From an uncultured Gammaproteobacteria bacterium (GTDB taxonomy: Bacteria > Patescibacteriota > Microgenomatia > Levybacterales > UBA12049), in contig CAYQEE010000002.1 in NCBI GenBank assembly GCA_964416445.1, positions 106,691-170,690 of the forward strand: a stretch of DNA of 64,000 bases. The letters are read 5' to 3'. Positions within the stretch are counted from its first letter, which is position 1, and each line of letters begins with the position of its first letter. Below are positions 41,683-50,329 of the stretch, in pieces. The notes under the pieces were generated by a model. That model was given only the letters and a program-made list of their open reading frames with translations, had not been told where the DNA came from and made no database searches. Position numbers and translations under genes: made by a program.

Positions 41683-42762
41683 TTATCCATGTGATACTCC
41701 TTTTACTCTTCTTGCAATAGTTAAAATGTCTCCAAATACTCCAGCGGCAGTAACATCAATACCTGCTCCAGGACCTTTAATTATTAATGGATTATTAAAA
41801 TATCTTTTTGTTTTAATAACAAATAAATTATCTGTACCCTTTAAGCTACCCATATCACTTGTTTTTGACACAGCCTGTAATCCTACTTCGCAGGTATTTC
41901 TATTTATTTCAGCAACATATCGCAAATGCATATTATTTTTACTCTCAATTGCAGAACGTTGAAGATATTCTGCATCGAGATCTGGTAAAAGTTTTAGAAA
42001 TTCATGACTTTTTAGATTGTTCATATACCTAGGAAAAAGTCCAGCCAATCGGACTTTTTCAAATTCTGACGGCCAACCGCAAAGTCGCGATAGTATTAAT
42101 GCTTTTCTTGCCACGTCCATTCCCGAAAGGTCACTCCGTGGATCTGGTTCAGCAAAACCTTTATTTATTGCTGAATATACAGTCTCTGAAAAAAGTTTAC
42201 CTCGCTCCATTTGTGAGAAAATGTATCCTAACGTTCCACTTAAACAACCATGAATTTCTAGTATTTCATCTCCTGTATCTCGTAATGTTCTTATCGTCTG
42301 AATAACTGGTAATCCTGCACCAACTACTGTTTCAAAATAAAGTACATGACCCTTTACTTGTTGGAGTTCATCATACTGTTTTTGTGAATGGGAAAGTGGT
42401 TTTTTATTAGCCATAACAACAAAACCATTTTGACGCATAGCCTGACAAATATGCGCAATGGTTTTATCAGATGCTGTAGTGTCTATCAGAACAAAAGGAT
42501 AGTTAATTAGTTCAATTGCCTTTTTGATATTTTTTTCATTATCTTCGGCGACTTGACTTTGGTGTAACTCCAATACTAGATCTGAATAGGTACTAAACGA
42601 AATTCCATCTTTATTAAAAATTCCTTTCTGAGAAGTGAATAATCCACAATACGTGAGTTCAATTCCATACTCTTGTTTAATCCATACCTGTTGATTAATA
42701 ATTTGTTCAACTACTTTTCTACCAATATTTCCCATTCCTAAGTGAATAATATTCAATTTCAT
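41683..42762 (-). CDS. hom: homoserine dehydrogenase (no ACT domain)
   Basis: GMGNIGRKV NAD site and catalytic-domain motifs GAGAGLPVI and LSGTLGYIF. Confidence 0.85.
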   Translation of the reverse strand: MKLNIIHLGMGNIGRKVVEQIINQQVWIKQEYGIELTYCGLFTSQKGIFNKDGISFSTYSDLVLELHQSQVAEDNEKNIKKAIELINYPFVLIDTTASDKTIAHICQAMRQNGFVVMANKKPLSHSQKQYDELQQVKGHVLYFETVVGAGLPVIQTIRTLRDTGDEILEIHGCLSGTLGYIFSQMERGKLFSETVYSAINKGFAEPDPRSDLSGMDVARKALILSRLCGWPSEFEKVRLAGLFPRYMNNLKSHEFLKLLPDLDAEYLQRSAIESKNNMHLRYVAEINRNTCEVGLQAVSKTSDMGSLKGTDNLFVIKTKRYFNNPLIIKGPGAGIDVTAAGVFGDILTIARRVKGVSHG

Positions 42763-42763
42763 A

Positions 42764-43678
42764 TTAACTATCTTTACATATCTTTGTTCCGATAAAATCA
42801 GGGTTAAAAGTATTTTTTACCCAAACAGGTATTCCTTTTAGAGAGACAGGTATCATTGCCTCGGGATGTAAAATTTTTGCTCCCTTTTTTGAAAGCAATA
42901 AAGCATCTTCGTAGCTTAATTGAGAATATAACTTCGCATTTTGATTTACATGAGGATCACTACAATACACGCCGTTAACTTCTTTCCAAAGAATTACTTG
43001 CGTTGCATCGAAAATATAGGCAAGCAAAGTAGCACTATAATCAGAACCTCCCCTTCCTAAACTTATAATTGTTCCATTTTTTGTTGATGCAAAAAAACCT
43101 GTCACTATAGGAACTATTTTTTTTCTGATAAGTGGAACTACTAGCTTATCAGCGTTACATGTTGTTTCTTTCACAAGTACAATTGGATTGGATAAATCTT
43201 TCAAAATAATAATCTCCGAAGCATTTATTGCTCTTGCTGAATTCTCATACTTATTCAATGCCGCAGCTACTAGATGACTACTAAATCGTTCCCCATACGT
43301 TATGATATATTCATAATCAACTTGAGAAAGTGTCCTTCTCTGTTTCAAATTGTCTTGTAATGTTTTGTATAAATCATACAGAGATTCTTCTAGATTCTGG
43401 AAAATATTTTTGGGTAATTGTAACTCTTTAAGAACCTGCATATGAAGTTCATAGAGCAGTCGCAATTCATAATCTCCTTCTTCAAATTCGTTTTCTTTAT
43501 ATTTATTAAATACTGAGATAAGTTTATCTGTTACCTTGTACATTGCGGAGACGACAACAAGAATATCGTCATGCCTGCGAAATTTTCTAATAATTTCAGC
43601 TACATGTAATATCTTACCTCCAGACTCTAGTGATGATCCACCAAATTTCATTACAATCATACTCTGTTTTATAAACAT
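42764..43678 (-). CDS. aspartate kinase, catalytic domain only (304 aa, no ACT regulatory domains)
   Basis: VMKFGGSSL N-terminal motif of the amino-acid kinase family. Too short to hold the usual two C-terminal ACT domains. Confidence 0.75.
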   Translation of the reverse strand: MFIKQSMIVMKFGGSSLESGGKILHVAEIIRKFRRHDDILVVVSAMYKVTDKLISVFNKYKENEFEEGDYELRLLYELHMQVLKELQLPKNIFQNLEESLYDLYKTLQDNLKQRRTLSQVDYEYIITYGERFSSHLVAAALNKYENSARAINASEIIILKDLSNPIVLVKETTCNADKLVVPLIRKKIVPIVTGFFASTKNGTIISLGRGGSDYSATLLAYIFDATQVILWKEVNGVYCSDPHVNQNAKLYSQLSYEDALLLSKKGAKILHPEAMIPVSLKGIPVWVKNTFNPDFIGTKICKDS

Positions 43679-43702
43679 AAAAAAACCTCCCTTTGGGAGG
43701 TT
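43679..43702 (-). terminator. thr attenuator terminator AACCUCCCAAAGGGAGGUU-U7, abutting the aspartokinase ATG
   Basis: An alternative 12-bp antiterminator GGGAG(U)GUUUGUA/UACAAACCUCCC involves the last leader-peptide codons. Confidence 0.65.
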
Positions 43703-43723
43703 TGTAAGTTTATTTGTTATTCA

Positions 43724-43792
43724 CTACAAACACTCCCAAACAAATTGGGTAATTGTAGTAATACTAATACTTATATATTGATAATGTTGCAT
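43724..43792 (-). CDS. Thr/Ile-rich leader peptide MQHYQYISISITTITQFVWECL (thr leader, 22 aa)
   Basis: Run ISISITTIT (4 Ile, 3 Thr) like the E. coli thr leader. Stop UAG lies inside the antiterminator 5' strand. Confidence 0.65.
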   Translation of the reverse strand: MQHYQYISISITTITQFVWECL

Positions 43793-43798
43793 AAAAAT

Positions 43799-44034
43799 AA
43801 AAAAAACCGCCGTCAAATATTACGCTTGTAATATTCAAAGGCGGATATTCTCCGTGGTTCCACTTTGATTCCTCTTACGAGGCACTTATCAGTTCTTTAT
43901 CGGAAACTATCCGTTTTAGCTTCTCAGGTTGTCCTCCGGAAAGACTTTATGCTGAAAGCTTACACTCATTGGCTTTCTTCTCTATACATGCCATCTTCCC
44001 CTTCTCGTCTAAGTCCAATCGCTAAATTAAAACT
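43799..44034 (-). promoter_or_regulatory. T-box riboswitch-like leader (about 235 nt) ending in its own intrinsic terminator, upstream of the thr leader peptide
   Basis: Minus strand. Antiterminator CAAAG-[UGGAACC bulge]-A-CGGA-GAAUA-UCCG-C-CUUUG (+43836..43867). Stem III-like CCUC-GUAA-GAGG just upstream. AGAGA bulge followed by hairpin GAAAGC-N12-GCUUUC (Stem I distal-like). Terminator CCGCCUUUGAAUAUUAC...GUAAUAUUUGACGGCGG-U8 (+43799..43844) sequesters CUUUG. Confidence 0.55.
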
Positions 44035-44040
44035 AAAAAT

Positions 44041-44069
44041 ATTCTAACGAACAAATAAAAACTTGTCAA
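44041..44069 (-). promoter_or_regulatory. promoter TTGACA-N17-TAGAAT for the thr control region
   Basis: Perfect -35 and near-consensus -10 with a 17-nt spacer; read on the minus strand. Confidence 0.5.
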
Positions 44070-44107
44070 GTAAAAAAACTAACGATTTCATGGTAGAGGT
44101 GGTTAAT

Positions 44108-44560
44108 CTACTTAACTTTAAAAGGAGTTCCTTTACCTATCTCAACATACCTCTTCAAACTATTGAGATAATATTCCCAGTCTGATTGATATTCTTTAAA
44201 ACAAAAAAGCTGTGGGTTTAGTCCTTCATGGACAAAGGAGAGACTGGTAGTTTCTGTATTTATCTCTTGCAAAGAAAATTTCACCGTGGTCCCAACCCAT
44301 TCATCAGTTTTATCACAACCATTCATTTTAAAATATTGCTCGACACATTTCCATACAACATCTTTCATGGGCAATAATTTTGAAATCTTCATTACAACAT
44401 ATGCTCTCGGACCAAAACGAAATGTAGCAGTACCTCCAACATGAGAATAAACTTCAACATCATTTGTCCACCAATGGGTAAGACCTTCTTTTGTCGTAAT
44501 TGCGTTGTAGATACTTTCAGGTTTTGCGTTTATACTTATTTTTTTATTATAGCTTTCCAC
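44108..44560 (-). CDS. SRPBCC (AHSA1/START-like) family protein
   Basis: 150 aa with an N-terminal pattern typical of AHSA1-like proteins (IYNAITTKEGLTHWW). Confidence 0.55.
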   Translation of the reverse strand: MESYNKKISINAKPESIYNAITTKEGLTHWWTNDVEVYSHVGGTATFRFGPRAYVVMKISKLLPMKDVVWKCVEQYFKMNGCDKTDEWVGTTVKFSLQEINTETTSLSFVHEGLNPQLFCFKEYQSDWEYYLNSLKRYVEIGKGTPFKVK

Positions 44561-44615
44561 TTGGTTATCTTAACATAGCTGATCTTACTTAACAAATAGT
44601 TTCAATAACAATATA

Positions 44616-45587
44616 CTAATTTACCTCTTGAGAGGTTATTTCAATATCAAGTAATTTATGATTTCGTAAGATAAGCAATGTATAAGTAGTACCTGCTCTT
44701 TTTTGACTTAACTTTCGATGTAAGTAATCCACACCTGATATTTGCTCATCATTAAGTTTGAGAATCAGATCTCCTTTTTGTAAACCGGCCTTATCAGCAG
44801 GCGTTCTTTTTTGTATAGATATTATTTCTACAACAGTAGGTAATGGTAATTTAAATATTTTTTGTATTTGTACAGGAATCGAGCACGTCGATGCTTTAAT
44901 ACCAAAAACTCCTCGTCTAACTCGACCGAAACTTATTAATTCACTTATCACCCATGAAGCTGTATTACTTGAAATTGCTAAACCAATTCCCTGAGCCATA
45001 GCAATCATCGCTGTATTGATACCTATTACTTTTCCTCTACTATCAACAAGCGGACCTCCTGAGTTCCCCGGATTTAAAGGAACATCTGTCTGAAGCACAT
45101 TCTCAATAAGTTTTCCTTCTTTATTTCGTATTACTCTCCCTAACGCTGAGATAACTCCTGTTGAAACCGTACTTTGGAATCCATAGGGGTTTCCTATAGC
45201 AATAACCAGTTGTCCGACTCTTACTTGATCTGAATCACCTAATTCTGCATAGGGTAGCTTACTCTCTAATAATCGAAGTAATGCTAAGTCCGTTGAAGGA
45301 TCAACACCAACAATCTGACCAATATACATTTTCCCTGAAGATAGACTAACTTCAATATCTCCTGCTTGATCTATTACATGATTATTTGTTAAAACAAACC
45401 CATCAGGAGTAATAATGACACCTGATCCCATACCAAGCCCTTCTGGTCTATTCGCATCCATAAACTTTTTAGTCGTTTTAATTTGAACGGTAGCATCACC
45501 GACCTTATCAACAACATGAATAACAGCGTTTGAATACGCATCTAAGAGCTGGTTATCATCGGGAATATTGGGCTGTCCATGAACCAT
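44616..45587 (-). CDS. HtrA/DegP-family serine protease with a C-terminal PDZ domain
   Basis: LTNNHVI (His), D, and GNSGGPL (Ser) catalytic motifs, then a PDZ domain. Confidence 0.85.
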   Translation of the reverse strand: MVHGQPNIPDDNQLLDAYSNAVIHVVDKVGDATVQIKTTKKFMDANRPEGLGMGSGVIITPDGFVLTNNHVIDQAGDIEVSLSSGKMYIGQIVGVDPSTDLALLRLLESKLPYAELGDSDQVRVGQLVIAIGNPYGFQSTVSTGVISALGRVIRNKEGKLIENVLQTDVPLNPGNSGGPLVDSRGKVIGINTAMIAMAQGIGLAISSNTASWVISELISFGRVRRGVFGIKASTCSIPVQIQKIFKLPLPTVVEIISIQKRTPADKAGLQKGDLILKLNDEQISGVDYLHRKLSQKRAGTTYTLLILRNHKLLDIEITSQEVN

Positions 45588-45637
45588 AAAGTAAAATTCG
45601 TTCTGAGAATTATTAAATTAGCAGTCGAAGTTAAACT

Positions 45638-45666
45638 ATGCTAACACCAAAATTTTATTCTGTCAA
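45638..45666 (-). promoter_or_regulatory. promoter TTGACA-N17-TAGCAT upstream of the protease gene
   Basis: Read on the minus strand, about 50 nt upstream of the ATG. Confidence 0.4.
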
Positions 45667-45741
45667 TATACTTACTCTGAGGTATGTATGGCAAACTATA
45701 ACATCTGCTTGAATTAAAACGGAGAAGAGATTCTTAAGTTA

Positions 45742-46485
45742 TTAGAGCTTTAAAAAATCGAATATTTTTTTTTGTTCTTGCAATGATTCCACAACTAAAT
45801 CTGCACCCACTGCGGCTAATTGTTCCTTCGTATAAGCTCCCGTTGCAACCGCAATACATTCTAATCCTCCTGCTTTTGCACAGGCAACATCTAATGGTGA
45901 ATCCCCAACAATGACAAAATGCTTTAAAGGAAGTAATTGAGGTTGTTCAAGTAACGCACTCGCACGAGATATTGCTATAGGAATAAGATCAACACGTTTG
46001 TCAGCCATATCACCGAACGCTCCATAGTCTAGATACTGCCTGAGACCAGCTCCTTCTACTTTTTTCCACCCTATTTCTTCAATATTGCCGGTAAGTAATC
46101 CTAAGGGAAGCCCTTCATGTCGCAAATGAGCTAAAAGTTCAGGAGCTCCAGGAGTCGGAAGAAAGGCATCCTCTCCTTCATGTACCCGATAATATGCACG
46201 CATAGCCTGTATTGCATCGGGTAGTCTCGCGTGGATAGCTTGAACTGGGTAGCCATTCAGCTTGACCACTTCAGATATAATTTGCCGGTCAATCATCCCA
46301 TCAGGTGTAATTTGGTTAATTGAAGCATGAGGAAGTCCATATACCTGACTAAATGCAAAATTAAAGGCTCCAACATGAGTTTTATTATTTCCCATAACAA
46401 GCGTTTTATCAATATCAAGTAAAGGTAATTTTACTCCTCTTTTTAATAATTCTTGTCCTCGCATTCGTTCGGGTATTCCACTCAT
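45742..46485 (-). CDS. HAD-superfamily hydrolase (phosphatase)
   Basis: LLDIDKTLV motif I and a GDS..D motif. Visibly GC-richer than the neighbouring genes. Confidence 0.6.
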   Translation of the reverse strand: MSGIPERMRGQELLKRGVKLPLLDIDKTLVMGNNKTHVGAFNFAFSQVYGLPHASINQITPDGMIDRQIISEVVKLNGYPVQAIHARLPDAIQAMRAYYRVHEGEDAFLPTPGAPELLAHLRHEGLPLGLLTGNIEEIGWKKVEGAGLRQYLDYGAFGDMADKRVDLIPIAISRASALLEQPQLLPLKHFVIVGDSPLDVACAKAGGLECIAVATGAYTKEQLAAVGADLVVESLQEQKKIFDFLKL

Positions 46486-46802
46486 AATAGGTAATGAGTA
46501 TACATTATTATAGGTCTATATACAAGGGTTGCAATCACTTGAATTTAACCTTCTAATGTTATGACCTCATTAATCTTTTTCATTATTTCACTTCGCCATT
46601 TTTGCTTCTTAGAAGTAACAAATAAGAAGGAACATTCATGAAGGAATCATTAAAATTCTATAAATTTCTCGTTTCATAAGAAGAATATATTAATGATTTG
46701 CTGTTTACTAGTCCAACTTGTAATTTGCATATATTTTGCATAATCTAGTACTAGTTTCTTATTGATAGTGAGACTATTGAGACACTATGTATAATTATTT
46801 CT

Positions 46803-47177
46803 ATGGAAAATAGCATTCAAGACACGTTTATATTACTACGGGAAATGCTTCATGAATATGCACCTCCATTTATCATAAAAATTGATAATGATACGAGTTT
46901 TGAACTCTATTCTCCGAGAAGAATAATATTAGGAGGAAAAACTATTAATGGTATCTTTTTTTGTGGAATTACTTTACAGAAAGAATCTATTGGACTTTAT
47001 TTCATGCCAGTATATATTAACCCTAAACTCATTTTAAAACTAAATCCAAATTTTGCCCGATTGCTTCAAGGGAAATCTTGTTTTTATATTAAAAACTTAA
47101 ACACATTACTTATCGAAGCGGTAAAAGAAACAGTAGAAATTGGTCTACAAGAATATAAGAGATATCATTGGATTTAA
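46803..47177 (+). CDS. hypothetical protein
   Basis: 124-aa ORF, no family recognised. Confidence 0.35.
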   Translation: MENSIQDTFILLREMLHEYAPPFIIKIDNDTSFELYSPRRIILGGKTINGIFFCGITLQKESIGLYFMPVYINPKLILKLNPNFARLLQGKSCFYIKNLNTLLIEAVKETVEIGLQEYKRYHWI

Positions 47178-47194
47178 GTCTAAAACGCATCTCT

Positions 47195-47527
47195 TTATAA
47201 GCCAATTGTATACAAAAAAGAAAGCCAAATCTTCTTTCCAAAAGAGGCATGTTTCATCTTAAAATATCTTGTCCTTTTTTTAAAATCTTTTGTACCGGGA
47301 TTTGGAGGATTTGCCCAACAGGAAAATATAAGGAATTGATCTCTCTTATTTACTTTTCCAATAGCAATGATTGTTTGATTGTTGATTTTCCTTTGAAATT
47401 CTATTGTTTGATCCTGCATTCTCGTTACTTTTTGCGGATTAGTAATTGTCAATTCAATGAGATTTTTTTTAATTTTTCTTTCTTTAAGACGTACTAATGC
47501 ATGATTTGTCCAAATAATAACTTTCAC
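47195..47527 (-). CDS. DUF4258-like small protein (toxin-like family), orphan
   Basis: N-terminus MKVIIWTNHALVRLKERKI matches the DUF4258 pattern. No adjacent antitoxin-like ORF. Confidence 0.45.
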   Translation of the reverse strand: MKVIIWTNHALVRLKERKIKKNLIELTITNPQKVTRMQDQTIEFQRKINNQTIIAIGKVNKRDQFLIFSCWANPPNPGTKDFKKRTRYFKMKHASFGKKIWLSFLYTIGL

Positions 47528-47623
47528 CTTTTTATTCTATCAAGTAATTAACTCCTATCGTTTTCTGTACATTTTGTTCCTTTAATCGCTACGTCACTCA
47601 TAATTATAGGAATGAGAATCATA

Positions 47624-47980
47624 TTATTTGATATGTTTTTCAATTTTCTCAATTAAATCATCCATATTAAACGGTTTCGCTAAAAAATCATCTGCCCCTG
47701 CTTCCCTCGCTGACTCCTTTATGTCTCGACTCGCCGAAATCATTATGATTGGTATCTCCCTTGTCCGCTCCTCATTCTTTAAATATCTGCATATCTCTCG
47801 CCCATCTATCCCTGACATCCATATGTCTAGCAATAATAAATCTGGATAATCCCTCTCCATCTTATATATGGTCTCCCCATCAACCGTTGAATCTACCTCA
47901 TATCCAAACTCCTCTAATATCAACCTCGTTGATTCTACAATCGCTGGATCATCATCTGCTACTAATATCCTCTTCTTCAT
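47624..47980 (-). CDS. stand-alone response-regulator receiver domain (CheY-like)
   Basis: DD...D phospho-acceptor pocket (VADDDP, LLLLDIWM), T/S and K positions present. Confidence 0.85.
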   Translation of the reverse strand: MKKRILVADDDPAIVESTRLILEEFGYEVDSTVDGETIYKMERDYPDLLLLDIWMSGIDGREICRYLKNEERTREIPIIMISASRDIKESAREAGADDFLAKPFNMDDLIEKIEKHIK

Positions 47981-48043
47981 AAAGTAACCACTATATGAAC
48001 ATTTCCCCCTATGAATAATTTATGGGTAAGTGATAGAAAAAGT

Positions 48044-50209
48044 CTACTCGTGTTTAATAGATTCTTCACTTATTCTCTGAAATCTTTTTGATAAACTTGT
48101 ACGCTTCTTTATTGGTAAAGTAAAACAAAATGTTGAACCTCTCCCCTCAGTACTCTCTACCCAAATCTCCCCCTGTGATCGCTTAATAATTTCGCTCGAT
48201 ATATATAGCCCTAATCCTAAACCAGGATATGTCTCTTTACCGGGACCACTCACTCGAAAAAATCGTTCAAATACTTTCTCTTGTTTCTCTTTAGCAATAC
48301 CAACACCAAAGTCTTGGACGCAAAGCTTTACATGACCATCCTGTATAGACGTTTGAATCAATATTTCTTTCGCGTACGGCGAATATTTAATTGCATTAGA
48401 AACAAGATTGGTAATTACCTGTCCAATTCGTTCACGATCTCCAAAAATTGTGTGTTTTGTCCTCCCAATAATACGTAATTGATGTTTGTTCGTTGTTCGT
48501 TGTAATTCCTCAGTAAGTTCAGTTACAAGTTCGTCAAAAGCAAAATACTCATCGTTAAACTGCATTCTTCCTGCTTCAATTTTCGTAACATCAAGTAAAT
48601 CTCCAATCAGACTCGTTAATTTATCAACTTGGGCATCAAGTTTTCCAAGTAGATCTGCAGCTTGTTGATTTCCTTCTTTAGTAAATTTTAAACGTAATAC
48701 TTGCGCAAATGACTTTATACTGGTTACCGGAGTTTTTAATTCATGTGAAGCTATTCCAATAAATTCGTCCTTTTGTTTTTCAAGTTTCTTCCGCTCAGCA
48801 ATTTCTTTTTGCGCTTCTTTATATAACCGAGCATTTTCAATTGCTAAAGAAGCTCTACTTGCAAGTTCTTCAGCCATAGCTAAATCAGTATCTGAATAAT
48901 GACGCTGGTTATCAGAAGTTATAAATGAAATTGCTCCAATCGCTTTATTATTGATAAGTACTGGAACAATCATTGCTGATCTCATATGAAGACTTCTCAT
49001 AAGATCAAGTTCTTTTTTACTTTTCGCTGAGGCAATAATCATCTCATCAGTAATGAACGGATAAAGTACAGATTTACCTGACCGAATAACATCAGGAATT
49101 CCTGAAGTATCAGACATTTTCGGTGGGTTAGTTTTGCGATATGCTTTTGCCCAAGCAATTTTTTTAGGATCTTTATGCGTAACAGCAATTTGTTTTAACT
49201 CGCCATGAACGTCTAGCATATCAACACCACACCAATCAGCAACATGAGGAACAGCACTTTTTGCAACTCTTTGGAGCGTAGTATTATAATCAAGTGAAGA
49301 AGAGAGAAATTTACTTGCCTCAGCTAAAAAAGCTAAATTACTTTGACTTTCCTGTAGTTTTTCCTCCGCTCTTTTTTGTTCTGTAATATCTCTATTGATA
49401 GAAAGAGAACCTAAAATATTACTATCTTTATCTTTCAAGATGGTCGTTGTGGAGTATATATCTACGGGAGTTCCATCAATCTTTTGTTGTTTAACATGAC
49501 CTGTCCAATAACCTTTTTCAAATAATTTATCTATCGAGGGTTTGCGACTATACGATGGGAATTCCGTTCGGAGGAAACTAGAATCCTTACCAATAACATC
49601 TTTTGCTCTCCATCCATATAATTCTTCAGCGCCTCTATTCCACGTTCGAATAGCATAGGAACTGTCAGTTGTGATAACTGCAGCGGGAATATGTTCTAAC
49701 AATGTTTTGTGAAAATGAGAGCTTTCTTCTTGTTCAACGAGATTTGTTATATCGTCAATTGCAAGCGCGATAAGGTGAATACTATCCCCTTCAAGAAAAA
49801 CACTCCGTGCATTAAGGATCAAAATTTTCTTACCAACATGTTCAAAAGTATGTTCAATTTTTAAATTATCTACATGGTTACTTTTAGGAAGAACTGTTTT
49901 CAGTAATTTCTTCAGTTGGGGTATATTCCATTGTCCACTTTCTAATTCGAAAAATGGTTTATCTGTGATTCCTTCTTTAGTTAGGTAAAATGTATCAAAA
50001 AATGATTTATTAGCTGTTTTTATTTTAAAGTTCGGATACAATATTACGATTGGTTCGCGAAGAATATTGATAAGAGCCTCGGTATAAAGATAATGCTCCA
50101 TAAACTCCGCTACAGTAAGAGTTTGTAAATTTTTAAAATAGGCAGCTTTATGATTCATAATGTTTACGGATTGTACGTTTTCTTTTGATTTACGTGTTAT
50201 AGTCTTCAT
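48044..50209 (-). CDS. sensor histidine kinase with PAS and GAF sensory domains
   Basis: H-box HELKTP, then N, G1 and G2 boxes (GLGLGLYIS) at the C-terminus, with PAS/GAF-like N-terminal regions. Confidence 0.85.
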   Translation of the reverse strand: MKTITRKSKENVQSVNIMNHKAAYFKNLQTLTVAEFMEHYLYTEALINILREPIVILYPNFKIKTANKSFFDTFYLTKEGITDKPFFELESGQWNIPQLKKLLKTVLPKSNHVDNLKIEHTFEHVGKKILILNARSVFLEGDSIHLIALAIDDITNLVEQEESSHFHKTLLEHIPAAVITTDSSYAIRTWNRGAEELYGWRAKDVIGKDSSFLRTEFPSYSRKPSIDKLFEKGYWTGHVKQQKIDGTPVDIYSTTTILKDKDSNILGSLSINRDITEQKRAEEKLQESQSNLAFLAEASKFLSSSLDYNTTLQRVAKSAVPHVADWCGVDMLDVHGELKQIAVTHKDPKKIAWAKAYRKTNPPKMSDTSGIPDVIRSGKSVLYPFITDEMIIASAKSKKELDLMRSLHMRSAMIVPVLINNKAIGAISFITSDNQRHYSDTDLAMAEELASRASLAIENARLYKEAQKEIAERKKLEKQKDEFIGIASHELKTPVTSIKSFAQVLRLKFTKEGNQQAADLLGKLDAQVDKLTSLIGDLLDVTKIEAGRMQFNDEYFAFDELVTELTEELQRTTNKHQLRIIGRTKHTIFGDRERIGQVITNLVSNAIKYSPYAKEILIQTSIQDGHVKLCVQDFGVGIAKEKQEKVFERFFRVSGPGKETYPGLGLGLYISSEIIKRSQGEIWVESTEGRGSTFCFTLPIKKRTSLSKRFQRISEESIKHE

Positions 50210-50329
50210 ATAAGAATTAGGTTATTATCGTATGTTTTTAACATACATCCTAAAAAGAATAGCACTATTGTATGCTATGACTATAGTAATCGGCAAGCGA
50301 AGAGAGGTGAACCAAGAAAAGAGGAGAGA

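Noticed and set aside
43799-44034. Considered whether the structured RNA is an independent sRNA (6S or SRP RNA) rather than a cis-acting leader
   Set aside because: No SRP helix-8 GGAA/AGCA motifs or 6S-like long bubble helix were found. The UGGAACC bulge flanked by CAAAG/CUUUG, with a terminator overlapping CUUUG, matches the T-box antiterminator architecture specifically.
43865-44047. 60-aa plus-strand ORF in the thr control region
   Set aside because: Lies antisense to the T-box-like leader and promoter. No coding features. The region is better explained as regulatory RNA.
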